Positions 47,259-56,756 of a stretch of DNA of 64,000 bases are shown one piece after another (position 1 is the stretch's first letter; each line of letters opens with the position of its first letter). This stretch comes from Patescibacteria group bacterium (lineage in GTDB: Bacteria > Patescibacteriota > UBA1384 > XYA2-FULL-43-10 > 1-14-0-10-43-13), in the NCBI GenBank assembly GCA_041666325.1, contig JBAYHC010000004.1, forward strand, positions 128,929-192,928, in the 5' to 3' direction. The translations under genes were made by a program, and so were the position numbers. A model generated the notes under the pieces. It saw only the letters and a program-made list of their open reading frames with translations. It did not search any database and was not told the DNA's origin.

Positions 47259-47829
47259 GATGTATTGTCATCCCAACCCCCGCACTTGAGTGCGGGGCAA
47301 GCTCCACGGAGGGATCTCTTGTTTCAAAACAACCATTCAATTTATTCTAAGATTTCTCGACTCAGCCCATAAGTCGACTTCGCTCGAAATGACGAAGCAG
47401 GCGGTTATCAACACGAACAGGGAAACTTGTTGATAACGTTCTAAAAATTTTTCTTTGTGCGAGCGGTAATTCGCCCCAATGAGAAATTTTTGTGGAAAAG
47501 GGCAATTTTGCTCCGAAATCCTGTCAACAACCTGATGATAAGTTAGTATTTTTGCCCTTAACCGGTTTGACGATTAATTTAATCCACAGATTTAGTATAC
47601 TTTTGAACAGCTTATCCCAAGTTTTTTAAACAGATTATCACCAGTCTTATTTCCATTTTTTTCTCTCAGGGATGATATTTTTTGGCTTTTCCCCATCTTC
47701 CACAGCCCTTACTATTACTATTACTGTATTAATAACCTTTTTATTACAAGATCTAACTGTGTATAAAGTGTGACAAAACGTAACAAAGGAACGATTCAAA
47801 CTTATCTCAGAAAACTCGTGGGTGAAACA
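47259..47829. promoter_or_regulatory. Candidate replication origin (oriC) in the dnaA-dnaN spacer. It contains about 5-6 DnaA boxes and an AT-rich tract.
   Basis: The boxes are: TTATCAACA at about 47405 and again in inverse orientation at about 47432 (tgttgataa); TTTTCCACA in inverse orientation at about 47490; TAATCCACA at about 47580; TTATCACCA at about 47632. An AT-rich stretch at about 47640-47760 contains tactattactattactg. Confidence 0.5.
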
Positions 47830-49218
47830 TTAGTGGATCAGGGAATAAATCTTTTCCTTAATTGCAGAGATGTCGTCTTTTATTCTCTTGTTATGAGCAA
47901 CATCGGCCTCTATCTTGTTGCATCCATGAATAATTGTCGAATGATCTTTTCCACCCATTTCTCGACCAATCTCAGGATAAGATAATCCAGCCTCATGTCT
48001 CAATAAATACATCGTTATTTGGCGCGGAACAACAATTTCCTTGTTCCTTTTTTTACCCAACAAATCCTCTATCGAGAGATGATAATATTTGTGAGCTTCT
48101 CTGATAATTAGCTCTGAAGTTATTACCTGTTTTCGCTCACTGATCATCCCACTCATTATTTCAGAGACTTTTTCGATCGTTACTGGGACATTGGTCAATT
48201 CGCAAGTAGCAACAATCTTGGTTAGCGCTCCTTCCAGCTCACGTATTGAGGATTGGATGTTCTCAGCAATGTAGCGAATAATGTCATTGTCAATATTTTT
48301 TTGTTGCTCTTTGGCCTTGTGGCGCAGGATCGCCTCTCTGGTTTCTAGATCTGGTTGACTAATATCTGTAACCATACCTCCCTCAAAACGAGTTTGAAGT
48401 CGTGACTCAAGTCCCTTGATTGACTTTGGAGGGCAGTCAGCGGTCAGGACGACCTGTTTTTTGTGCTGATGAAGGTGATTAAATGTGTGGAAAAACTCTT
48501 CTTGAGTTGATTCTTTGCGGGAGAGGAATTGGATATCATCAATCAGCAAGAGATCAACATTTCGATACCTTTCCTTAAAGTCCTTGGCTTTACCAAAGCC
48601 TGATTCAACAGCATTGATGAATTCGTTGATAAAAGTTTCTGTGGATACGTACAAAACCCGTTTTTCAGGTTGCTTATCCAAAAAGGAGTGACCAATAGCT
48701 TGCATCAAGTGAGTTTTACCCAGGCCAGAGTCACCATAGATGAATAGGGGATTGTAGAGCTCGCCCGGCTTGTTTGATACAGCCTGAGCAGCAGCGTGGG
48801 CTAGTTGGTTGGATGATCCAACAATAAAGTTTTCAAATCTATATTTATCGTTAAGGGTGGTGTTTGTCGGCAGGGATTGCATTGGGTGGTAATGAGGTGA
48901 GATGACTGGTTTGTCCACAGGGGTGTTGATAACACGAGTATTTTCGATTAGGTTTGCTTGGCCTTCTGGGGGCGTGGCTATCTTGAACTTAACAGCAACA
49001 ACCTCTTCATCTACCTGCTTTTGCAGGGCTCTTTGTATCTCCTTTAAATACTTTTTCTTAAGCCAGTCTTCAGCAAAGAAATTTGGCACTCCTATTGTAA
49101 AAATTCCCTTTTTAAACTCTAGTATGAATGTTCCTTTGAACCAGGTTTGGAAGTTGGCTTTGGAGAGTGTTACCTCTAGTTCGCCTAAGACATTTCGCCA
49201 AATTTCAGCAACATTCAT
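47830..49218 (-). CDS. dnaA: Chromosomal replication initiator DnaA. The preferred start is the ATG at 49218, which has a GGAG ribosome-binding site. The track's GTG start is at 49251.
   Basis: The AAA+ Walker A is NPLFIYGDSGLGKTHLM. The C-terminal DNA-binding domain is present. The synteny is dnaA-dnaN-recF. Confidence 0.9.
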   Translation of the reverse strand: MNVAEIWRNVLGELEVTLSKANFQTWFKGTFILEFKKGIFTIGVPNFFAEDWLKKKYLKEIQRALQKQVDEEVVAVKFKIATPPEGQANLIENTRVINTPVDKPVISPHYHPMQSLPTNTTLNDKYRFENFIVGSSNQLAHAAAQAVSNKPGELYNPLFIYGDSGLGKTHLMQAIGHSFLDKQPEKRVLYVSTETFINEFINAVESGFGKAKDFKERYRNVDLLLIDDIQFLSRKESTQEEFFHTFNHLHQHKKQVVLTADCPPKSIKGLESRLQTRFEGGMVTDISQPDLETREAILRHKAKEQQKNIDNDIIRYIAENIQSSIRELEGALTKIVATCELTNVPVTIEKVSEIMSGMISERKQVITSELIIREAHKYYHLSIEDLLGKKRNKEIVVPRQITMYLLRHEAGLSYPEIGREMGGKDHSTIIHGCNKIEADVAHNKRIKDDISAIKEKIYSLIH

Positions 49219-49262
49219 GGTGGTTTTTACTCCTAAAAATAATCTATACACACTATAACAAG

Positions 49263-49271
49263 TTATCCACA
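49263..49271 (+). promoter_or_regulatory. Perfect consensus DnaA box TTATCCACA lying just upstream of dnaA
   Basis: Seen directly in the sequence (acaagTTATCCACAggtt). Confidence 0.6.
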
Positions 49272-49303
49272 GGTTAAGTCAATACCGCTCATGCCAAGGC
49301 ATA

Positions 49304-49467
49304 CGAGAGTGTGAAGGTTGGAGAGTACGAAAGTATTAAGTACTAAGCAACATGTGACAAGTCTCACCTTTGGTGAACATGGAATAGCTTCGCCTCCTTG
49401 AAAAGGAGAGGGTTAGAGCGTGGGTGGCAATACTTACAACTTAGCACTTAGCACTTTCACACTCTCG
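49304..49467. repeat. Long imperfect inverted repeat (cgagagtgtgaagg...agtattaagtactaagc // gcttagcacttagcactttcacactctcg) enclosing about 100 bp. It lies between dnaA and rpmH.
   Basis: The arms were seen directly. They contain the same GAAAGTACTAAGT-type units as the repeats at 17229-17303. Confidence 0.45.
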
Positions 49468-49520
49468 CCTCTGGCGAGATATTTGACTTTGAGGCTAAAA
49501 TAGGTTATTCTAACTCTATT

Positions 49521-49655
49521 ATGAAGCGAACATTTCAACCAAACAAGCGTAAACGAGCCAAAAGACATGGTTTTTTGCATCGCATGTCCTCATTAGCTGG
49601 CCGTCTCGTTCTCAAGCGTCGCCGTTTCAAAGGGCGCAAAGTTATCTCGGCTTAA
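49521..49655 (+). CDS. rpmH: 50S ribosomal protein L34
   Basis: The product is [44 protein letters not shown] (44 aa). It is absent from the ORF track because it is shorter than 60 aa. Confidence 0.9.
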   Translation: MKRTFQPNKRKRAKRHGFLHRMSSLAGRLVLKRRRFKGRKVISA

Positions 49656-49656
49656 C

Positions 49657-49853
49657 TTTAAAAGCCTGTTTAATAACTACATCCGATAGCCATAAGTGGC
49701 ATCTTTCGGCTGCAAAACAAGATTTGTTCGTCACAATAGCTTTGGCTATTCCTCCTCACAAGATCTTGTTTTTCGCCCCACAGAGGAGCCCTTTGGTGGG
49801 ACTTGAAATCTGCTCACTTCTGTCTTATGGAGCAGTTATTAAACAGGCTTTAA
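49657..49853. repeat. MITE-like element of about 197 bp with roughly 22-bp terminal inverted repeats (TAAAAGCCTGTTTAATAACTAC ... reverse complement). It lies between rpmH and rnpA.
   Basis: The left terminal repeat at 49657-49680 matches the reverse complement of the right one at 49832-49853. The element contains nested hairpins, including the 26-nt near-palindrome at 49776-49802. Confidence 0.45.
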
Positions 49854-49978
49854 GTGAGCTATTTTGGTCATTTCTTGGATCAATTTTTTGATACTTGAGT
49901 GAGAAACTGTGGTCGCGGTTAGGGGGTCTCTTTGGTGGTGGATATCGGATTAGTGTGGTACTATAACTATAGTCAAGT

Positions 49979-50359
49979 TTGATGCTTAAAAAAGAAAATC
50001 GATTAAAAAAAGAATCCAGCTTCCAGTGGGTGTTTAGGCGTTCAAAGCCAGTTTTTTTTGATAACCTGGTTTTTCGTGTTGTACCAGCAAAAAAAACGGC
50101 AACAGGTCCAGTGTCAGATTTGTCGCGTTTTGGTCTTGTTATTAGTGCGAAGACTGAAAAGAGTGCTGTTCGACGCAATGCAATCAGGCGCTATCTCTAT
50201 AGTTTGATTAAAGAGTTTTTACCATCAATCAGAGAGGGAATAGACGTCGTGGTTGTGATTAAAAAAAGTTTTACTCTTCCACTTAATTCAGATGAGATCA
50301 GGCGGCGCTTTAGGCGAGGAGGAGAGTTGGCTGGAATATTTAGGACCACAAGGCAATAG
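49979..50359 (+). CDS. rnpA: Ribonuclease P protein component
   Basis: The basic protein ...RLKKESSFQWVFRRSKP...FGLVISAKTEKSAVRRNAIRRYL... matches RnpA. The gene is downstream of rpmH. Confidence 0.85.
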   Translation: MMLKKENRLKKESSFQWVFRRSKPVFFDNLVFRVVPAKKTATGPVSDLSRFGLVISAKTEKSAVRRNAIRRYLYSLIKEFLPSIREGIDVVVVIKKSFTLPLNSDEIRRRFRRGGELAGIFRTTRQ

Positions 50360-50374
50360 TGTTGCAAGCCAAGC

Positions 50375-50472
50375 AAAGCAGTAAAGCTGGTAAAGCCAGT
50401 AAAGCGGTAAGGTCACAAGGAGAAAAAGTTTATTATTACCTTACTGCTCTACTGCCTTATTGCCTCATTCTC
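50375..50472. terminator. Long imperfect hairpin built from (AGTAAAGC)n and (GCTTTACT)n-type repeats (aagcagtaaagctggtaaagccagtaaagcggtaagg ... ccttactgctctactgccttattgcc). It lies downstream of rnpA.
   Basis: The inverted repeat was seen directly. The loop is AT-rich. Confidence 0.35.
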
Positions 50473-50481
50473 ATATAAGAC

Positions 50482-50718
50482 ATGTTAAAAAGATTAATAA
50501 TTAGCTTAATCAAGCTATACCAGCGTACATTGTCTCTGGATACGGGATGGTTTAGACACAATCATCCTGGGGGTTATTGTAGGTTTGCCCCGCATTGTTC
50601 GCAGTATGGCATTGAGGCGATTGAAAAATATGGTGTTGTGGTTGGTGGGGCCAAAACAGCTTGGCGTATTGTGCGCTGCAACCCCTGGAGTAAGGGCGGG
50701 GAAGATCCGGTAAGATAA
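50482..50718 (+). CDS. yidD: Membrane protein insertion efficiency factor YidD
   Basis: The diagnostic Cys motifs CRFAPHCSQY and RCNPW are present. The protein is 78 aa and sits upstream of yidC. Confidence 0.85.
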   Translation: MLKRLIISLIKLYQRTLSLDTGWFRHNHPGGYCRFAPHCSQYGIEAIEKYGVVVGGAKTAWRIVRCNPWSKGGEDPVR

Positions 50719-50887
50719 GCCAATAAGCTAGTAAGAATTAAGTTCAGCCACAATTTGATTTTTCAGCCATTTATTTTCTTTCCGGCTTACGTACCTATTT
50801 GTCAACCATTAGCTTACATGCCCATTAACTTATTAGCTTAATTCTTACCAACCTACTAGCTTACATGCTAATACTCGAAAGGTAATC

Positions 50888-51766
50888 ATGGGTGGAATAA
50901 TCAGAACTTTGCTTTACCAACCTCTTTATAATGTTTTAGTTTTTTTGGCTTGGCTAATACCAGGCCATTCGATTGGTTGGTCGATTATTATTTTGACCAT
51001 ATTAGTGAGATTACTCTTGCTGCCTACTTCTCTTAAGGCTGCTAAGGCACAGGCCCACATTCAGGTGCTGCAGCCCAAGATCAATGAGATTCGGAAGAAG
51101 TACAAAAGCACAACAGAGCAAAGCAAGGCTCTGGTTGATCTTTACAAGGAAGAGGGGGTATCTCAGTTTGGTGCCTGCTTGCCTCTCTTGGCCCAATTTC
51201 CTCTCCTGATCGTTCTCTATATAGTGTTTCAAAACATAGTCAAGAGTGGCGTTGATCTTTCCCTTCTCTATAGTTTTACTCCTCATCCAGATACACTTAG
51301 TCATTTTTGGTTTGGCCTGGATGTGACTAAACCAAATTTGTGGGTTTTGCCAATCTTGGCTGGGGTAACACAGTTTGTTCTATCAAGAATGACAACTCCT
51401 CCAATAACCCACGAGAATACCGAAGGAGTGCCTGACCCAACAAAGGTTATTCAGCAAATGAGCTATGTTTTTCCGGTAGTGACAATTATCTTTGCCCGAC
51501 AGTTTCCTGCTGCAATCAGCTTGTATTGGGTTATATCGACTCTAATCGGAATCGCTCAGCAGTGGTATGTTAACAAGCACATCAAGACCAAAATCAGAGT
51601 TTCGTCTGGCGCTGTGAACAAGAGCGTCTCAACTGGTAGCAAGACAGGGGTTCTGGTTGAAAAGGAAAACAAGAAGAAAAATTTGTTGTCCAAGGTTATT
51701 GATCAGAGATTATCCAAAGCCGAGAAAAAAAGTGGAGTAAGTGTTACAATTCGAAAAAAGAATTAG
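50888..51766 (+). CDS. yidC: Membrane protein insertase YidC/Oxa1 (short Gram-positive-type form)
   Basis: The ...ILTILVRLLLLPTSLKAAKAQAHIQVLQPKINEIRKKYK... helix and the overall 5-TM arrangement fit YidC. It is syntenic with rnpA and yidD. Confidence 0.85.
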   Translation: MGGIIRTLLYQPLYNVLVFLAWLIPGHSIGWSIIILTILVRLLLLPTSLKAAKAQAHIQVLQPKINEIRKKYKSTTEQSKALVDLYKEEGVSQFGACLPLLAQFPLLIVLYIVFQNIVKSGVDLSLLYSFTPHPDTLSHFWFGLDVTKPNLWVLPILAGVTQFVLSRMTTPPITHENTEGVPDPTKVIQQMSYVFPVVTIIFARQFPAAISLYWVISTLIGIAQQWYVNKHIKTKIRVSSGAVNKSVSTGSKTGVLVEKENKKKNLLSKVIDQRLSKAEKKSGVSVTIRKKN

Positions 51767-51778
51767 GCTAGCAGTGAA

Positions 51779-52270
51779 TTGGGGAAAGTGGAAACGCACC
51801 TAAAAGTGAAAATTATCTTTCTGGTTGGTCTAATGTTTTTGATTTATTCAAGCGTCCAGCTAGTCGGTGCCGACCTTAAAAAGATAAACAATATCGTGAA
51901 CAATGGTGCTGTCGCCATGGTGAAGATTGGACGTTCAGAGATCAGGGCCGAAATGGCCACAACAGATCCGGAGCGTGAAAAGGGGTTATCAAACAGAGGC
52001 AGCCTTGAATCTGATGCTGGTATGGTGTTTATTTACGACAAGCCCCTGCAACCATCTTTTTGGATGAAGGGAGTTCTGTTTCCAATTGATATTATTTGGG
52101 TTTACAACAGCAAGGTGGTGGAAACAACTACCAACATTCCGGTTGCCGGCAGTAGCACACAGTTGCCAACTTATTCGCCTAGGGTTAATGTGGACACGGT
52201 TATAGAAGTTAATGCCGGTTGGGTAGATAATAATGGGATTCGGGTGGGGGACAGAGTAAAGATAGATTAG
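51779..52270 (+). CDS. DUF192-domain protein (COG1430-like), secreted or membrane-anchored
   Basis: A signal or anchor helix is present. The core ...AGMVFIYDKPLQPSFWMKGVLFPIDIIWV... is typical of DUF192. Confidence 0.55.
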   Translation: MGKVETHLKVKIIFLVGLMFLIYSSVQLVGADLKKINNIVNNGAVAMVKIGRSEIRAEMATTDPEREKGLSNRGSLESDAGMVFIYDKPLQPSFWMKGVLFPIDIIWVYNSKVVETTTNIPVAGSSTQLPTYSPRVNVDTVIEVNAGWVDNNGIRVGDRVKID

Positions 52271-52274
52271 TTCG

Positions 52275-52365
52275 GGTGGGATGTCTGAGTGGTTGAAAGA
52301 GCTGGTCTCGAAAACCAGTAGTCGCCCTAGGTGACTCGTGGGTTCAAATCCCACTCCCACCGCCA
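52275..52365 (+). tRNA. tRNA-Ser (anticodon CGA) with a long variable arm and an encoded CCA
   Basis: The acceptor stem is GGTGGGA / TCCCACC. The anticodon loop is cuCGAaa. The T-arm is GTGGGTTCAAATCCCAC. The long extra arm indicates a type II tRNA. Confidence 0.8.
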
Positions 52366-52449
52366 GTTAACAAGTGCATAAAAGTCGGCTTGCAGGCTAG
52401 TGAGTAATTAGCTACTGAAATTGGTTGTGGTGTACTTAATTCTTACCAG

Positions 52450-52475
52450 CCCCACAGAGGGGCCCCTTGGTGGGG
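52450..52475. repeat. 26-nt near-perfect palindrome CCCCACAGAGGGGCCCCTTGGTGGGG. A variant copy lies at 49776-49802.
   Basis: Seen directly. The inner 10-mer AGGGGCCCCT is a perfect palindrome. Confidence 0.6.
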
Positions 52476-52509
52476 CTTACACGCCTACTAGCTAAAACGG
52501 AGTGGGTTT

Positions 52510-54159
52510 ATGGTAGACATCTCAAAAAAAATATCTGGCTTCAATCGTGAGTTAGAGGAGAGGCATACCTCTGAACTTGCCCAAAGATTGGGTCTTCCAT
52601 ACATCGATTTACACAACTATCCTCTCACCAAAGAGGTCTTGGAGACGATTCCAATAGAGTTGGTTTCCCGTTATCAGATCGTGCCATACTTAAAGATTGG
52701 TCGGTCAGTAAAACTGGGAACAGTTCATCCGAGCGATCCGGCCGTAAAAGAGTTCGTCGACCAGCTCTCCAAAACAAGCGGACTCCAGTTCAGTATCTGT
52801 GTGATTTCGGGTAGTAGTTTTGCCTATGGCGTGAACTCATACAAAGAGGCAAAACAAGAAGTTGAGGACAAGGTTCAGAAGGAAGTCAAGGAGAAGGAAG
52901 AGGTCTATGAGTCAGAGCTAGGGGATATCAACTCAATCAGCGAGGTTGTTAAAAAGGTTAGCACTACTCGCTTACTCGATGTAGTTATCTTCGGCGCCGT
53001 AAAACTCAAAGCCTCTGATGTCCACATGGAGCCGGAGGAGAAGGATGTCCTTATCCGCTATCGCGTTGATGGTGTCCTGCAGGATGTCTCTCATGTCTCA
53101 GCCTCTCATTATCATCAGCTGCTATCTCGGATAAAGTTTCTGTGCCAGATAAGAATGGACTCGACCAATCAGCCCCAAGACGGACGGTTCTCAATTAAGA
53201 CTCCCACTGGCGGTAATATTGATTTGCGCGTTTCGATTATGCCATCTACCTTCGGCGAGGCCGTAGTTATTCGAATTCTTGGCCAAGAGACTTCTATTTT
53301 GCGTCTAGATAAATTGGGTTTTAGATCCGAAGCACTCGTTGCTGTCAGGCAATCCATCTCGAAGCCAAATGGCATGATTCTAACCTCCGGTCCGACCGGT
53401 AGTGGCAAATCATCAACTTTGTATGCGGTTTTGATGGAGCTCAAGAAGCCTGACGTGAAGATCATTACACTGGAGGATCCGGTAGAATATCGCATTGAGG
53501 GGATAGAGCAGAGCCAGATTAAATCAGAGGAGGGATACACATTTGCACAGGCGCTCCGGGCCTCTCTGCGCCAAGATCCCGACATTTTAATGGTCGGTGA
53601 GATACGTGATGGGGAAACGGCCGAAATCGCTGTCCAGGCTGCTTTGACGGGCCACCTGCTTATATCAACAATTCATGCCAATTCCGCTCCGGCCGTCTTT
53701 GTCCGACTCTTGGAGATGGGGGTTAAGCCGTTCCTCCTTTCTGGCTCAATGAACTTGGTTATGGCTCAGCGGCTTATCCGCAAAATTTGTGCCAACTGCC
53801 GCGAACAATACACACCTCGCCCAGAGGTTTGGCAGGAGGTCAGGGACACTCTCATGCCCATCAAGGACAGGATCGAACCATCGCTTCAGCAGTTTCTGCT
53901 TTCACCGCAAGTCTCTCTTGTGAGAGGTAAGGGCTGCGACAAGTGCGGCAAGAGCGGCTATCTCGGAAGGCAGGTCGTTATCGAGGTTTTGGTGCCGGAC
54001 AGTACGATCGAGGGTTTGGTTGCAAAGGGTGCGTCTATCTCGGAGTTCGAAAGGGCAGCCAAGACCCAGGGAATGGTCTCCATGGAACAAGACGGCTTAA
54101 TCAAGGTTCTCAAGGGAGAGACAACAATCGAAGAGGTTTGGAGAGTAACGAAGGATTAG
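52510..54159 (+). CDS. pilB: Type IV pilus assembly / type II secretion ATPase (PilB/GspE family)
   Basis: The N-terminal T2SSE_N-like domain is present. The Walker A is LTSGPTGSGKSSTL. The Asp and His boxes are DPDILMVGEIRD and TGHLLISTIHAN. A tetracysteine motif (CANC...CDKCGKSGYLGR) is present. Confidence 0.85.
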   Translation: MVDISKKISGFNRELEERHTSELAQRLGLPYIDLHNYPLTKEVLETIPIELVSRYQIVPYLKIGRSVKLGTVHPSDPAVKEFVDQLSKTSGLQFSICVISGSSFAYGVNSYKEAKQEVEDKVQKEVKEKEEVYESELGDINSISEVVKKVSTTRLLDVVIFGAVKLKASDVHMEPEEKDVLIRYRVDGVLQDVSHVSASHYHQLLSRIKFLCQIRMDSTNQPQDGRFSIKTPTGGNIDLRVSIMPSTFGEAVVIRILGQETSILRLDKLGFRSEALVAVRQSISKPNGMILTSGPTGSGKSSTLYAVLMELKKPDVKIITLEDPVEYRIEGIEQSQIKSEEGYTFAQALRASLRQDPDILMVGEIRDGETAEIAVQAALTGHLLISTIHANSAPAVFVRLLEMGVKPFLLSGSMNLVMAQRLIRKICANCREQYTPRPEVWQEVRDTLMPIKDRIEPSLQQFLLSPQVSLVRGKGCDKCGKSGYLGRQVVIEVLVPDSTIEGLVAKGASISEFERAAKTQGMVSMEQDGLIKVLKGETTIEEVWRVTKD

Positions 54160-54249
54160 CTGCCACTTATAACTCAACTTTATCTTCTGATTATAGCTAA
54201 CAGAATATTGCGCCAACGGGTCTAGTTAATTTAGAGGATTGTTATTTTT

Positions 54250-55734
54250 ATGCCTAAAAAATATGTTCTAGAGATTAGTATTTTTGTCAGTGGCGCGGTC
54301 GTAATGATTCTGGAGTTGTTGGGATCAAGGATGTTTGCGCCCTTTTTTGGAAACTCATTGATTGTCTGGACCAACCTGATTGGTATTGTAATGGCCAGCT
54401 TAAGCATTGGCTATTGGTTTGGTGGTCGCATTGCCGACAAAGAGCCAACCTACAAAAAATATTCGGTTATACTTTTTGTTGTGGGCTTGCTTATCTTTTT
54501 GGTTTATCTCTTGCAGCTTCCGGTTTTGGTTTTGCTGCAAAACAATATAGTTGATATTCGGTATGGATCCATTTTGGCTGGTGTGATATTGCTGGCTCCA
54601 GCCAGTGCTTTTCTGGGCATGGTTTCGCCCTATGCTGTGCGATTAAAAATGAAAGACATCAAGGCATCTGGTGCAACAGTCGGGCGGTTATACGCTATTT
54701 CTACTTTTGGCAGTATTGCCGGTACCTTTTTGGCAGGCTTCTGGCTTATAGCACGCCTTGGAACATCCCAGAGTATTGTTTTACTATCTTTGGTTGCGAT
54801 TGCTTTGTCTGTTGTTGTTTGGACAGATGTCAAGTTTCTTATTATAAGATTGGTGGCTATCACGATTATCGCAATAGGCGCTCTCTCTTTCAGAGTGCAG
54901 TTATCCGGTGTTGTTGCTGATATTGACACCCAATATAGTCGCGCCTTGATATACGACTCTGTTGAGGAGATTTCCAGCAGGAATGTTAGAACTATTGCCT
55001 TTGTGCCCGGAGAAGCCGAATCGGCTATGTATGAAGATAATCCAGATGAGTTAGTTTCTGATTACACAAAGTTTTTTCGCATTGCCGGTTTTCTTAAGCC
55101 GGATCAAAAGCGCACACTGCTAATTGGCGGCGGAACGTATATGTATCCACGAGATTACTTGAAGCAATTTCCTGAGTCTGAGATGGATGTAGTTGAGATT
55201 GATCCGGAGATGACCGACATTGCCAAAAAGTATTTTTCCTTTAAGGAAGACCCTCGTCTCAACATCTATCATGAAGATGGCAGGACTTTTATAAACCGGA
55301 GCAAGGCATCATACGATGCGATTTTCCTAGACGCTTTCAAATCCTACAATTCAGTGCCATTCTATCTAGCTACGCGAGAATCTCTCGAGAGGATTAGGGG
55401 ATTACTCAGTGAGAATGGTGTTGTGGTCACGAATATTGTTTCTGCACTTGAGGGAGAGAATGCAAGGTTTTTCGAAGCCGAATATGTCACATTGAAATCA
55501 GTCTTTCCATCAGTTTCCATATTCAGAGTATCTTCAGGTTCTAGCAATCAAGACATACAAAACATTATCTTGGTGGCCGCAAGGGCATCCGTCGATCTTG
55601 GTCAAGCCGTGAAATATTCCCCGACCTATGCTGACAAGATCGTAGACAAAGATGCCATTAAGAGTGGTGCGCTCGTTCTGACTGACAACTTTGCTCCTGT
55701 CGATCAATATCTTTTTTCGCTCAATCTTAAATAA
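54250..55734 (+). CDS. Membrane-anchored spermidine-synthase-like aminopropyltransferase. It has an N-terminal multi-TM domain and a C-terminal SpeE-like domain.
   Basis: The first roughly 200 aa form about 7 TM helices. The C-terminal ...LLIGGGTYMYPRDYLKQFPESEMDVVEIDPEMTDIAKKYF...YDAIFLDAF... is a SpeE fold. Confidence 0.6.
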   Translation: MPKKYVLEISIFVSGAVVMILELLGSRMFAPFFGNSLIVWTNLIGIVMASLSIGYWFGGRIADKEPTYKKYSVILFVVGLLIFLVYLLQLPVLVLLQNNIVDIRYGSILAGVILLAPASAFLGMVSPYAVRLKMKDIKASGATVGRLYAISTFGSIAGTFLAGFWLIARLGTSQSIVLLSLVAIALSVVVWTDVKFLIIRLVAITIIAIGALSFRVQLSGVVADIDTQYSRALIYDSVEEISSRNVRTIAFVPGEAESAMYEDNPDELVSDYTKFFRIAGFLKPDQKRTLLIGGGTYMYPRDYLKQFPESEMDVVEIDPEMTDIAKKYFSFKEDPRLNIYHEDGRTFINRSKASYDAIFLDAFKSYNSVPFYLATRESLERIRGLLSENGVVVTNIVSALEGENARFFEAEYVTLKSVFPSVSIFRVSSGSSNQDIQNIILVAARASVDLGQAVKYSPTYADKIVDKDAIKSGALVLTDNFAPVDQYLFSLNLK

Positions 55735-55824
55735 TCATCAAAAAATGGGTTTTAAACCCATTTTTTGATGATCTAGGCCGCACCAAGCACCGTTTGGATG
55801 GGCGACTTGTCAGTGAAGACAGTA

Positions 55825-56172
55825 CTATAAATCTTTAAGAGCGCCACCCTCTGTAGCGGAGCCGAAGCCCTTTGAGACAGCTGAGACAATTGTGTAGGCC
55901 AGGATAATAATGATGATACCGATAACAGCATTGATGATACCTTGCTGTGCTTTTTTAGTTTGTTCGGCGTTTCCACCTGCTGTCAAATAGAGAATGCCGG
56001 AATAAACTAGATAGAAGAAGGCTAGAACGCCGGCAATAACTCCAATCCAGCCTGCGATTTGAACAACTAGCTCATCAAGAGTGGTTGAAGAGCCTGTCAG
56101 GTTGAGTTTTAGACCAGCGGTGCCTGTCTCTGCTGCTGAGGCATCAGCAGCAACGCGATTGATTAAGTTCAT
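55825..56172 (-). CDS. Pilin-like small membrane protein, paralogue 1 (putative T4SS pilin / VirB2-like)
   Basis: Two hydrophobic helices flank the conserved ...YSGILYLTAGGNAEQTKKAQQGIINAVIGIIIIILAY... motif, which is shared by five proteins in this cluster. Confidence 0.45.
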   Translation of the reverse strand: MNLINRVAADASAAETGTAGLKLNLTGSSTTLDELVVQIAGWIGVIAGVLAFFYLVYSGILYLTAGGNAEQTKKAQQGIINAVIGIIIIILAYTIVSAVSKGFGSATEGGALKDL

Positions 56173-56352
56173 TTATCCTCCTTAGAATTTTACTTCACAA
56201 CCGTGTTTGAAGTGTTGAGAAGATGATGTTAATGATATCGGCGTGCCTAATGATCGACCATTTGGGGATAATTGTCCCCGCCACAGGACCGATAGATATT
56301 TACTAATACATATTATATAGATGTTCCCAACCGCGTCAAGGGTGTCTGGTTT

Positions 56353-56652
56353 TTACTTAACAACATCCTTGACGGCAGTGACAATGACATAGGCAAGAAT
56401 AATGACAATCATACCTATAATAGCACTCACTATGCCCTGGGTTGCCTTCTTGGTTTGCTCTGAGTTGCCGCCCGATGTCAGATAGAGAAAGCCCGAGTAA
56501 AGCAAGAATATAAAAGCAGCGACTCCGGCAACGACTCCGACAACAGAAATAATTTTTGCCACCAGTGAATCGAGGCTGTCTATTCCCACCGGCGCCACAG
56601 CAAGGTCCGAGCTAGCGGCAGCCAGGGCTCTTGAGGTTATCAATTGTTTCAC
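56353..56652 (-). CDS. Pilin-like small membrane protein, paralogue 2
   Basis: The motif ...YSGFLYLTSGGNSEQTKKATQGIVSAIIGMIVIILAY... was seen. Confidence 0.45.
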   Translation of the reverse strand: MKQLITSRALAAASSDLAVAPVGIDSLDSLVAKIISVVGVVAGVAAFIFLLYSGFLYLTSGGNSEQTKKATQGIVSAIIGMIVIILAYVIVTAVKDVVK

Positions 56653-56756
56653 AACCGTCCTCCTTTACAAGAAGTCATCGATCTATTACAAGATATGATA
56701 ATACCCGACTCGGCGATGCCGAAGGTGAGACGGGGATCCTTTGGGGTCAATACCTT

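Noticed and set aside
47770-47985. 71-aa plus-strand ORF in the dnaA-dnaN spacer that runs into dnaA
   Set aside because: It sits in the AT-rich oriC region and overlaps the dnaA 3' end on the opposite strand. Composition-driven.
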